Assembly (NCBI GenBank): GCA_043824255.1
Contig: JBDRTG010000029.1
Span: 9,538 to 73,537, forward strand
DNA: 64,000 nt
DNA from: a bacterium
Lineage (GTDB): Bacteria; JAHJDO01
Direction: 5' to 3'
Part shown: piece by piece, positions 1-8,894 of the stretch
Layout of the letters: each line of letters begins with the position of its first letter
Position numbering within the stretch: position 1 is the first letter of the stretch
Translations under genes and position numbers: made by a program
The notes under the pieces: model-generated
Told to the model about the DNA's origin: nothing
What the model saw: only the letters and a program-made list of their open reading frames with translations
Database searches by the model: none

Positions 1-1
1 G

Positions 2-172
2 GTACAGGCGCTTCCCTATCATATCTATGCTCTGATGACCGAAGGTACACATCCTGAGGCTCAAATCTCTATTGCTTATGGCACAGCGTTGGTTTTGATC
101 TTTTTGGTTTTAGGAATAGACTTAATAGCCATTATTATACGTAATCGATTTAGAAGGAGGAAGAAGTGGTAA
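2..172 (+). CDS. pstA: Phosphate ABC transporter permease, 3' end only (runs off window start)
   Basis: My translation of frame 2: [15 protein letters not shown]...[32 protein letters not shown], a typical PstA C-terminus; overlaps the pstB start. Confidence 0.85.
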   Translation, partial: VQALPYHIYALMTEGTHPEAQISIAYGTALVLIFLVLGIDLIAIIIRNRFRRRKKW

Positions 173-924
173 TTAAAATTTCCATTCGTAATCTAAGTGT
201 TTGGTATCAGGATACGCAAGCAGTAAAGAATGTAAGCCTTGATATCGAGAAAAACAAAGTTACTGCTATCATTGGTCCGTCCGGATGCGGTAAATCCACG
301 CTTATTAGATCTATTAACAGGATGAACGATATCATTTTTGGAGTAAAAGTCAAAGGAGAGATTATACTTGATGGAGAAAATGTTTGCGGGGAAGAGATTG
401 ATGTGGTTGATGTAAGAAGAAGAATTGGAATGGTCTTTCAAAAATCCAACCCTTTCCCAAAATCTATCTTTGAAAATGTTGCTTACGGGCTTAAAGTCAA
501 CGGGTACACTAATAGAAAAGAAGAAGTCATGCAAAGGGTTGAGCAATCCCTGAAAGGCGCAGCTCTCTGGAATGAGGTTAAGGACAGATTGAATGATTCA
601 GCATTGGATTTATCAGGCGGTCAGCAGCAGCGTCTATGTATTGCCCGCGCATTGGCAGTTGAACCCGAAGTAGTTCTTTTTGATGAACCCTGTTCAGCAT
701 TGGACCCGACTGCCACAGCAAAGATTGAGGAACTCATTCAAGAGTTAAAAAAGAAATATACCATTGCTATAGTAACCCACAATATGCAGCAGGCAGCCAG
801 AATCTCCGATTTTTGCGCTTTTCTCATGCTTGGAGAATTGATAGAATTTGATAAGACTGATAAAATGTTTACAGCTCCTTCCAAAAAGGTTACTGAGGAT
901 TACATTACGGGAAGATTTGGATAA
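166..924 (+). CDS. pstB: Phosphate ABC transporter ATP-binding protein
   Basis: Walker [27 protein letters not shown]-terminal YITGRFG. Confidence 0.97.
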   Translation: MVIKISIRNLSVWYQDTQAVKNVSLDIEKNKVTAIIGPSGCGKSTLIRSINRMNDIIFGVKVKGEIILDGENVCGEEIDVVDVRRRIGMVFQKSNPFPKSIFENVAYGLKVNGYTNRKEEVMQRVEQSLKGAALWNEVKDRLNDSALDLSGGQQQRLCIARALAVEPEVVLFDEPCSALDPTATAKIEELIQELKKKYTIAIVTHNMQQAARISDFCAFLMLGELIEFDKTDKMFTAPSKKVTEDYITGRFG

Positions 925-947
925 TTTTAATAAAAAAGGGGTATAAG

Positions 948-1616
948 ATGAAGAGACATTTTGATGATGAATTGGAGGAATTAAATAACCAGTTATTAAG
1001 GATGGGCGCTTTCGTTGAGGAATCTATTAGTAGATCAGTAAAGGCGTTGGTAGAGCGCAAAGCTGATTTGGCAGAGGAAGTTATCAAATCCGACGAAGCG
1101 ATAGATATGTTGGAGATGGAAATAGATGAGCTATGTCTTAAGCTTTTGGCGCTTCATCAGCCGGCAGCGGTAGACTTGAGGTTTATTACTTCAGCAATGA
1201 AGATTAATAATGACCTTGAACGTATAGGTGATCAGGCAGTTAATATCGCTGAACGTACTCATGAGATAATTAAACAACCGCTTCTCAAACCGTTAATAGA
1301 TATCCCGCGTATGGCAACATTAGCTCAGAAGATGGTAAAAGATTCTATTGACGCTCTGGTAAATAAAGATGAGGCGCTAGCCAGAGATGTATGCAAGAGA
1401 GATAAGAAAGTAGATATCTTAAATGATCAGGTATTCAGAGAACTCCTAACTTATATGATGCAGGACACCAAGACGATTACAAGGGCGGTAGAACTTGTTT
1501 TGGTAGCAAGACATCTTGAGCGCATAGCCGACCACGCTACAAACATTGCTGAGGACATTATTTACGTGGTTCAAGCCAAGGTAGTGAGACATCATCCGGA
1601 AAATTTAGTCGTTTAG
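948..1616 (+). CDS. phoU: Phosphate signalling complex protein PhoU
   Basis: Two PhoU repeats (DLERIGD, HLERIADHATNIAE), follows pstB. Confidence 0.96.
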   Translation: MKRHFDDELEELNNQLLRMGAFVEESISRSVKALVERKADLAEEVIKSDEAIDMLEMEIDELCLKLLALHQPAAVDLRFITSAMKINNDLERIGDQAVNIAERTHEIIKQPLLKPLIDIPRMATLAQKMVKDSIDALVNKDEALARDVCKRDKKVDILNDQVFRELLTYMMQDTKTITRAVELVLVARHLERIADHATNIAEDIIYVVQAKVVRHHPENLVV

Positions 1617-1880
1617 TTTGTGACTATCCCACTGAAGCCCGCCAATAACAGCGTCTGCAACATTATTCAGATGATCGCCTATCTTTTCAAAGTTGCTTAG
1701 AAGATCAAGGAAAACAATTCCTGAAACTATATTGCATGCCCTATTTCTCAGTCTGGATGTATGATTATTTCTAAATGTCTCTGTTAATTCGTTTATCCTT
1801 TTTTCCCTGCCCCAGACTTTACGGGCAATTGCAACATCGTTTAACTCTAGCGCCCTGATTGTATCCTCCAGCATTGCTGT
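1605..1880 (-). pseudogene. C-terminal PhoU-like domain fragment of a Na+/phosphate cotransporter
   Basis: H..RL....C...SG..FLDLLSNFEKIGDH motif typical of Na/Pi cotransporter C-termini; the 5' part is absent and replaced by transposon ends. Confidence 0.65.
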
Positions 1881-1906
1881 AACTTACTCTTACTTATAGA
1901 CTTACG

Positions 1907-1943
1907 CTTAAGCCCCAATTTTGGCCAAATCTGTCTAGTACCC
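1907..1943 (-). repeat. Orphan Tn3-like terminal IR (type D)
   Basis: Reverse complement GGGTACTAGACAGATTTGGCCAAAATTGGGGCTTAAG: 37 bp, GGG...TAAG outline of Tn3-family IRs; no second copy seen. Confidence 0.5.
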
Positions 1944-1944
1944 T

Positions 1945-1972
1945 TAATTTGGCGTTTTGTGCCGTGTACGCC
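1945..1972 (-). repeat. Partial orphan copy of type A transposon IR
   Basis: TAATTTGGCGTTTTGTGCCGTGTACGCC is identical to the outer 28 bp of the IR ending at 8931. Confidence 0.9.
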
Positions 1973-2564
1973 ACCATCTGTGCAAAATAAAGCCTTAATT
2001 GCCTTCCAAATTATCGCGTTTTTATTTTCCCCAAAGAGTGTCTTCGCAATTAGTAAGATTGAGCGAATTCTAAAAGACGAGCCTCTTGAATTCGGGTTTA
2101 TAATGTTGAGCATTTGCGCAGTTTTTGTGGGTGTTTTATTACTATTGAGTCATTACAAAGCAGTTTTTACTGTAATCAGAAATTTCATAACAGCCAAAGA
2201 AAAAACAAAGGAATTTAAAATTCCCACAGGAAAGATTGAAAATCTATCACTACTAAATGCAAGGTTGATTCTGAAAGAACCAGGAGGGGGAAACAAAGAC
2301 TTTATTATAACCCCAAGAAAGGAATTTTGGATTGGGAGAGATGAGGATAATGAGTTAATTTTGAAAGACGAAACTATATCAAGAAAACATGCAAAAATAA
2401 GACCAGAGAAAGAGGGTTATGTATTATACGATATGTTAAGTAGAAACGGAACATATGTAAATAAGGGAAAAATAAAAGGGTATGTTTTGAAAAATGGAGA
2501 CTTAATATCTATAGGCTTCATACACACGTTAATATTTAATGAAGAAGAGAAGGGAAGGAAGTAA
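1959..2564 (+). CDS. Membrane-anchored FHA-domain protein (start uncertain; ORF begins inside an IR)
   Basis: Hydrophobic helix followed by FHA motifs IGR, ISRKHA, SRNGTYVN, LKNGDLI. Confidence 0.8.
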   Translation: MPCTPPSVQNKALIAFQIIAFLFSPKSVFAISKIERILKDEPLEFGFIMLSICAVFVGVLLLLSHYKAVFTVIRNFITAKEKTKEFKIPTGKIENLSLLNARLILKEPGGGNKDFIITPRKEFWIGRDEDNELILKDETISRKHAKIRPEKEGYVLYDMLSRNGTYVNKGKIKGYVLKNGDLISIGFIHTLIFNEEEKGRK

Positions 2565-2640
2565 AAAGAGCAGTAAGTAGTAGATAGTGTACTACCTAAA
2601 GATAAAAGAGAATATAAAATATATTTAGGGGTGACCAGTA

Positions 2641-2931
2641 ATGAGTAAGCAAAAAAAGAATATTGCTGTTGGTGTTCGATTTAATGAAGATCTTCCAAAC
2701 TTGCTTCTTAGAATGTGCAAGGTTTATAGTGTGTCGCAAAAGGATATCCGGGGGCGTTCCAATAGAAAAATCTTAGTTACTGCTCGGAAAGCTTTTGCGT
2801 ATTTTGCCAATTTAAACGGCGCTTCTTTTAGCGAGATCGGCGCAGCTCTTGGTAATAGAGATAATAACACAATTATTGAATATCTTGGCGGGATTAGAGG
2901 CATTAATCGTATTTTAAGGAGGCGAAGGTAG
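2641..2931 (+). CDS. Small HTH protein resembling DnaA domain IV
   Basis: DIRGRSNRK..VTARKAFAY...SFSEIGAALGNRDNNTII resembles the DnaA C-terminal pattern. Confidence 0.6.
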   Translation: MSKQKKNIAVGVRFNEDLPNLLLRMCKVYSVSQKDIRGRSNRKILVTARKAFAYFANLNGASFSEIGAALGNRDNNTIIEYLGGIRGINRILRRRR

Positions 2932-3099
2932 AGGCCCATTCAGGACTGACTAGACATGGGAATATTAAGTATGTGTTTTGAACTTTACTCTATCGTTATA
3001 ACAAGCATAATTATCATTCTGCTCATTTTTTTAATTATACGCTCCAAAATTAAAATGAATACAATTATAAAAGAGCTTGAGAGAATATCGCTCAAGTTT

Positions 3100-3135
3100 G
3101 GGTGAAATTAAACATTTAGGGGAAAAGTCCCATAG
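3100..3135 (+). repeat. Putative transposon end (type C)
   Basis: GGGTGAAATTAAACATTTAGGGGAAAAGTCCCATAG; 29/36 identical to the reverse complement of 40302-40337. Confidence 0.6.
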
Positions 3136-3331
3136 GAATTATCAATGCCAATAATTCTAGAATGTTTTTTCAGCACATAACATACCTTGAACTAAACCGC
3201 TGCGCGGTAGAACTCCGTTAATCCCACCCCAGTCTCCTGTTAACATGGTCGCAATCTGATATACTTTTTCTCCAGAAGAATGTTCATGTAGAGCATTCGT
3301 TAAACTTCAACAGTTTAAGGAGAAAAGTATT

Positions 3332-4081
3332 ATGAGTGCACTTCGTAAAAAAATGATTCGAGATCTGGAACTCCGAAGGTTTTCAGCCTCAACTCAAAAG
3401 TCATATATTGCAGCAGTAAGAGGTCTGGCAAAATATTACATGCTCTCTCCAGACAAAATCAGCAAAGAACAACTCTTGGACTATGTTCATTTTCTCATAA
3501 CGAAACGCAAACTGTCCTGTAGTTCTCTTAATGTTGCCACAGCAGGCTTGCGTTTTTTCTATAGAGAAACGCTGGCATGTAATGCTATGGCAGTGGCCAT
3601 ACCGCCTCGGAAAAATTCAAGAAAGCTGCCGGAGATTTTCAGTCATAACGAGCTGAAACGGCTTTTCGCAAGCACAAACAACCTTAAACATCGACTCATG
3701 TTAATGACTGCATATTCCGCCGGACTGCGAGTCAGTGAATTAATTCATTTGAGAGTGAGAGATATTGACAGCGAACGTATGACTATCCGCATCAAAAATG
3801 GAAAAGGCGGAAAAGACCGTTATACTATTTTGTCCCAAAGACTGCTTGCTGAACTGCGCTGTTATGCAAAGGCTTATCGCTCTCAATTCTGGCTTTTTCT
3901 TAGCCAAATATCCCATGGAGCATTGAATAGACGTACAGCTCAAGTAATATTCGAACAAGCTAAAGAAAGAGCTGGTATTACTAAAAAAGTCACCTTTCAT
4001 AGCTTGAGACACACTTTTGCCACAAATCTGCTCGAATCAGGAGTGGCGTACACGGCACAAAACGCCAAATTAGGGCGTTAG
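3332..4081 (+). pseudogene. Tyrosine recombinase of the type usually paired with IS91-like transposases, truncated by the transposon
   Basis: MSALRKKMIRDLELR N-terminus, GLRVSE, KGGKDR, HSLRHTFA; the LGH and catalytic Tyr region is replaced by IR-encoded AYTAQNAKLGR. Confidence 0.85.
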
Positions 4082-4085
4082 CGTC

Positions 4086-4351
4086 CTGCACGCATAAACA
4101 TTAAGACACAAATCGGGTAGCAACAAAGCTTTATTTAATATAACAGACTATCAATAAACTGTTACATTATGCGTGCAGAAGCCAGCAAATATTTTCAAAA
4201 AAGCTATTAAAAGATATATTTTTCTCCAAAAACCGTCATTTTCCCTGTATTATGCGTGCAGGAGAAAAATACTTGCTTGACATTTTTCTGAAAAAGACTA
4301 TTCTGCACGCATAATATGGGACATTAACGAGGGTATTGATTATGCGTGCAG
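4086..4351. promoter_or_regulatory. Cluster of 12 bp TTATGCGTGCAG motifs with a sigma70-like promoter (candidate recombination/operator site)
   Basis: Motif at 4086-4097 (-), 4167-4178, 4250-4261, 4303-4314 (-), 4340-4351 and also 8879-8890; TTGACA 4277-4282 with TATTCT 4299-4304. Confidence 0.7.
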
Positions 4352-5217
4352 AACACATGCCAAAAAACCTATGGATAAAAGATTTCCTTAAAGATATAAA
4401 ATCCGAAAATCTTTCTCCTGCAACGATACGTGGATACTATTATGACCTCAATCATTTTAGAAACTGGCAGATTGAGACCCATGGAAAAGAATTGACGATT
4501 GAAAAGATAAGCGAGATTGACTTGGCGGCGTACAGACATAGTTTGGTAAATTTGGAAGCAATGAAAGTTTCAACAGTAAACAGACGGATTGGCACATTAA
4601 AACTCTTTTTCAAGAAAGCATTTGCGAAGGGACTTATCCGAACTGACCCTTCCGGAAAGTTGCGTTTTTTAAGAAGACGCAAGCGTAAAAAGCCAGATGT
4701 GCTTTATAAAGGGGAATTGAACGCACTTTTGAGAAGAGCGGGAAAGTCCGCACACAGTTTCGGCAGGCGGAATTATCTTATAATTAAACTTATTCTTGAA
4801 ACAGGCATCCGTGTTGGGGAGATTAACCGACTGAGAGTAAAGGATATCAATGTTTATGAACGTTCCGGCTTTATTTCTATTGAGAATTCAAAATCAGGGG
4901 AGAAACGGGAACTTTTTCTAAATGGGGTGGTACGCCGCGCAGTGTCTTCGTACTTGTCCACCAGAAAGAATATTGAATCTGAGGATTACCTGTTTTTCAG
5001 TAAAAGGAATAAACCGTTATCTTTAAGATCAATTCAGCAGATTATCAGAACAGCCGCTGAAGGAGTGAAGATTAAACGGATAAATGTTACAGCAGAAACA
5101 TTGAGACATACTTTTATTAGTAATTTTTTGGAATCAAATCCTGGACAAAGTAAGGAATTGGCAGTACTGCTGGGATATAACTCCGTAAGTCCGCTTTCAA
5201 TTTATAATAAGGGGTAA
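4336..5217 (+). CDS. XerC/D-like (TnpI-like) tyrosine recombinase with altered active site; true start probably 4342 or 4357
   Basis: SAM-like N-domain (LSPATIRGY), TGIRVGE, ETLRHTF, LLGY..., final Tyr. Confidence 0.85.
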   Translation: MIMRAEHMPKNLWIKDFLKDIKSENLSPATIRGYYYDLNHFRNWQIETHGKELTIEKISEIDLAAYRHSLVNLEAMKVSTVNRRIGTLKLFFKKAFAKGLIRTDPSGKLRFLRRRKRKKPDVLYKGELNALLRRAGKSAHSFGRRNYLIIKLILETGIRVGEINRLRVKDINVYERSGFISIENSKSGEKRELFLNGVVRRAVSSYLSTRKNIESEDYLFFSKRNKPLSLRSIQQIIRTAAEGVKIKRINVTAETLRHTFISNFLESNPGQSKELAVLLGYNSVSPLSIYNKG

Positions 5218-5227
5218 AAAGAAGCTT

Positions 5228-8173
5228 ATGAATAACACTTTGCCAAAGGAAGAACCAACTTCTAATATCATAAAATTCCAGTTTAAAAGTCATGGGTTTT
5301 CCTTACCTGAAGAACCCGCATTAGAAGAACTTGCTCTGGACTGGACATTGTCTGATGAAGATAAAAAAATGATTTATAAGTTAAGAGGAGATGATAATCT
5401 GCGAAGGTGCGCTGTTCAGCTTTGCGTGCTCAGAAAATATGGACGTTTTCTTGACGATTACGGTTCAGTCTCTACAAAGATTACAGGATATATAAGTCAG
5501 CAGCTCGAAATAGAACCCACGTTGATGGTTTTACCCTCAGGACGGGAAAAAACAGAGGAGGAAAACAGGAAGAGCGTCCGGGAATATCTCGGCTGCAGGC
5601 CTTTTGACAGCGAAAGTCAAAATGAACTTGAAGAATATATATTGCGGATTGCCCTGAATGATTTTTATCCTGACGACCTTCTGCAGAAAACGGAACAATT
5701 TTTAAAGAAAAATAAAATAGTTCTTCCCCTGCCGAAATCTATGGAAGATATAGTCAATGCTGTTTATACGAAAGTTGAGAGAAAGATATTTGACCAGATT
5801 GCCGACCAGATTCCTGATGAAGTCAAGGAAGCGATAGACAACCTTTTACAGACTCCGGAGAACAGTAATAAAACAGAATTTTTCAAACTGGATGATTATC
5901 CTCCTGAGGCAACCCCGAGAAACATAGCCGAATATCTGAGGAGATATGATCAACTTAACGCCACAGGAATAGATAACGTCAGATTTAAGGGAATATCCAA
6001 AGAACTCCTAATGAAGCTTAATCAGGTGACGAGGAGTTACAGTGCCTGGCAGATTAAAAGATTTGAGGACCCAAAAAGATATGCGGTTTCCGCTGCCTAT
6101 CTCTATGAACTAAAGAAAACCTTTCTTGATAACCTTGTCTATATGAACAGAAGATACCTTACTGATATGCAGCGTGAATCCAGAAAAGACTATGAGGAAA
6201 AGCATAAGAAGGCCAGAAGGAAACTCAGGACAGGTGTTGTGATGCTGATGGATATCGTTAGGAAAATTGTCACGGCCCGCAAAAACAATCAGGATTCAGA
6301 AGAATTTTTTAAACAGAAGGTTAATACTGAAGTTCTTGAGGACGCGGTTGAGAACTGTAACAATTTTATACTGCTTGAGGACACAGGATACCTAGAGGAA
6401 CTGTCCAAAAGATATAATAATTTTAGACGATATTTTCCTGGTTTTTTAACACTGGATTTTCACGCTGAACATGGGTCAGAATATCTGCTGGAAGCGATAG
6501 CTGTAGCCAGAAGGATGAATGTCGAAGGGCTGAAATCTGTGCAAGGACATGCTCCTTTTCAGTTTGTTCCTGCAGGCTGGCAAAAGATGTTGAGGTCAAA
6601 GGACGATAAAATCGTCAAAAGGACATGGGAAATAAGCCTTGCCCTCTCAATCAAAGATGCTCTTAAAAGCGGAAGTCTTTTTCTTCCGGAAAGCAGGTCT
6701 CATATGTCATTTTGGGAACTTGTCTATAATGATCAGAGATGGATTGAGGAAAAGGAAAAAGCCTATGCTCTGTTGAACCTTACGCCTGATTCAAATGAAT
6801 TTTTGACAAATCTTAAGGATGAATTCAATCAAATCGCTTCTGTAACATGCGGCCGTGTCCATGACAATCCCTTTGTTAAAATTAAGGGAAACGGAGATGT
6901 GCGGTTTAGACAGGATGACTCCTTGAAGGATCCGCCGGAGATAAAAAAGCTTCGCCAGCTAATAACTTCCAAAATGCCGAAGATACGCATTGAGAAACTG
7001 GTAAAGGAAGTGGACACTCTATGCAATTTCACTGATGAACTTAAGCCTGTGAACGGACGGATTCTGAATATAGAAAATTATCATCCCACACTTCGGTGCG
7101 CGGTTACAGCTCATGGAACAAATGTGGGAATATATACAATGGGAAATAGCAATAAAAAAATTACTATTGACATGCTTCAGTATATTTCCAACCTCTGTCT
7201 CAGAAACAGCTCAGTAAAAAAATCCAACACAAAGTTGGTTAACTTTATAAACAACCTGAAAACAAGCATAAATTTAGGCTCCGATATGATGTCGTCTTCC
7301 GACGGACAGCGGTTCGGCGTACAAGGAAGCTGCCTTATAGCCTCTTTCTATCCCCGATATTTCGGGTATTATGATAAGGTGGTAACAATATATACACATG
7401 TCAGCAAATGCAGTGTGTTCGGTACCTATGTCATCAGCTGTGGTGACAGAGAGTCCTGGTTCGTTTTAAACGGACTGCTGGACAATGATACTGAGTTAAC
7501 CTTAGGGCAGCATCATACAGATACTCATGGAAGCAGTGATCATATTTTTGCCTTGTGTTGCCTGCTGGGCGTTTCGTTCATGCCGAGGCTGAAGAAGCTC
7601 CATAAACAAACTCTGTATAAAATAGACAAAAATATGCATTATGGCCCCTTAGAACCTATGTTTAAGGGCACAATCGATATGGAACTGATAGCTGAACAGT
7701 GGGATCAGATGATTCGGGTCGCTGCTGCGCTAAAAAACAGAATTATTTCCGCCCATGTTATCGCTCAAAGACTGGCTGCTTCCTCTTCACTTGACCGGCT
7801 CGCAAAAGCCTTTACAGAATTGGGAAAGCTGGTCAAAACAATTTATTTATTGGGCTATATTGATAATGAGCCCCTTCGGCGTCAGGTTCAGAGAATGCTT
7901 TGTTACGGTGAGCAGCGGCAGGGACTGGTTAAACACGTCTTTTTCGCTAATCAGGGAATGTTTCGTCAGGGGGATTTAGAAGAAATTATGAATAAAGCAA
8001 GCTGTCTCAGTCTTTTGTCAAACGCTATTGTGTGCTGGAACACTGTCCAGGTGGAAAGGATTGTGAAAGACCTGAGAGAAAAGGGCCATGAAATTCCGGA
8101 TGAACACCTCGCCAGGATTTATCCCTTGTTTTATGAACATGTCATAGTTAACGGTGAATATGATTTCAGCTGA
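5228..8173 (+). CDS. tnpA: Tn3-family DDE transposase
   Basis: 981 aa; SSSDGQ, TDTHG, GE catalytic motifs; LLSNAIVCWNT; terminal GEYDF. Confidence 0.95.
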   Translation: MNNTLPKEEPTSNIIKFQFKSHGFSLPEEPALEELALDWTLSDEDKKMIYKLRGDDNLRRCAVQLCVLRKYGRFLDDYGSVSTKITGYISQQLEIEPTLMVLPSGREKTEEENRKSVREYLGCRPFDSESQNELEEYILRIALNDFYPDDLLQKTEQFLKKNKIVLPLPKSMEDIVNAVYTKVERKIFDQIADQIPDEVKEAIDNLLQTPENSNKTEFFKLDDYPPEATPRNIAEYLRRYDQLNATGIDNVRFKGISKELLMKLNQVTRSYSAWQIKRFEDPKRYAVSAAYLYELKKTFLDNLVYMNRRYLTDMQRESRKDYEEKHKKARRKLRTGVVMLMDIVRKIVTARKNNQDSEEFFKQKVNTEVLEDAVENCNNFILLEDTGYLEELSKRYNNFRRYFPGFLTLDFHAEHGSEYLLEAIAVARRMNVEGLKSVQGHAPFQFVPAGWQKMLRSKDDKIVKRTWEISLALSIKDALKSGSLFLPESRSHMSFWELVYNDQRWIEEKEKAYALLNLTPDSNEFLTNLKDEFNQIASVTCGRVHDNPFVKIKGNGDVRFRQDDSLKDPPEIKKLRQLITSKMPKIRIEKLVKEVDTLCNFTDELKPVNGRILNIENYHPTLRCAVTAHGTNVGIYTMGNSNKKITIDMLQYISNLCLRNSSVKKSNTKLVNFINNLKTSINLGSDMMSSSDGQRFGVQGSCLIASFYPRYFGYYDKVVTIYTHVSKCSVFGTYVISCGDRESWFVLNGLLDNDTELTLGQHHTDTHGSSDHIFALCCLLGVSFMPRLKKLHKQTLYKIDKNMHYGPLEPMFKGTIDMELIAEQWDQMIRVAAALKNRIISAHVIAQRLAASSSLDRLAKAFTELGKLVKTIYLLGYIDNEPLRRQVQRMLCYGEQRQGLVKHVFFANQGMFRQGDLEEIMNKASCLSLLSNAIVCWNTVQVERIVKDLREKGHEIPDEHLARIYPLFYEHVIVNGEYDFS

Positions 8174-8287
8174 TAAAAATATAGTGAGCAAAAACTGTAG
8201 TATTTGCGCATTGGAAATTCAGACCTCCTGCAATCTTAAAACAGAGGGTGGATTTTCATGGGGTTTTTGCGCAGGGGGTAAAAAGTA

Positions 8288-8866
8288 ATGAGAGCAGCTT
8301 CATACGCGCGGGTATCAAAGAAAGATCAACAGACTCTTCCGATGCAGACAGAGAAGATAAAAGGGTATATTAAAGACAGAGGCTGGGAATTACTCAGAGA
8401 TCTGCAGGAGACAGCTTCTGGAGCGAAACCAAGGCCGAAGCGGGAAGAATTATTAAAGTCAGCCCGTCGCAGGGAGATAGATGTCATTGTTGTGTGGAAG
8501 TTAGATCGATGGGGAAGATCTGTGCTGGATTTGATTGCCACTTTCAATGAGCTTCAGGAAATAGGGGTGGGTTTTGTTTCCATTACTGAAGCCTTGGACT
8601 TCACAACAGCGGCGGGAAAAGCGATGGCGGGATTGCTTTCCGTTTTCGCCGAGTTTGAGCGGAGCCTGCTGCGAGAAAGAGTATGTGCCGGGTTGGAACA
8701 AGCTAAGCAAAAAGGAAAAGTTCTGGGCAGACCTAAGACAGCGATGAGTAAAACTGAGGAAGTAAGGATGTTTTGGAGAGAGAAAATATCCAAGTCTGAA
8801 ATTGCCAGGAAACTTGGAATTCATAGACGATCCGTTGGGAGAATTATTAAAACATTTGATGATTAA
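8288..8866 (+). CDS. tnpR: Serine recombinase (resolvase) with C-terminal HTH
   Basis: YARVS, VWKLDRWGRS, AEFERSLLRER, GRP-HTH. Confidence 0.93.
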   Translation: MRAASYARVSKKDQQTLPMQTEKIKGYIKDRGWELLRDLQETASGAKPRPKREELLKSARRREIDVIVVWKLDRWGRSVLDLIATFNELQEIGVGFVSITEALDFTTAAGKAMAGLLSVFAEFERSLLRERVCAGLEQAKQKGKVLGRPKTAMSKTEEVRMFWREKISKSEIARKLGIHRRSVGRIIKTFDD

Positions 8867-8894
8867 TAGGGGGGTTGATTATGCGTGCAGGACG

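Noticed and set aside
3332..4081. Integron integrase with cassette array
   Set aside because: No IntI-specific insertion between the catalytic boxes and no series of attC sites.
4086..4351. CRISPR array or chromosomal dif site
   Set aside because: The repeats are only 12 bp, in mixed orientation and irregularly spaced; there are no cas genes and no XerD arm at 6 bp spacing.
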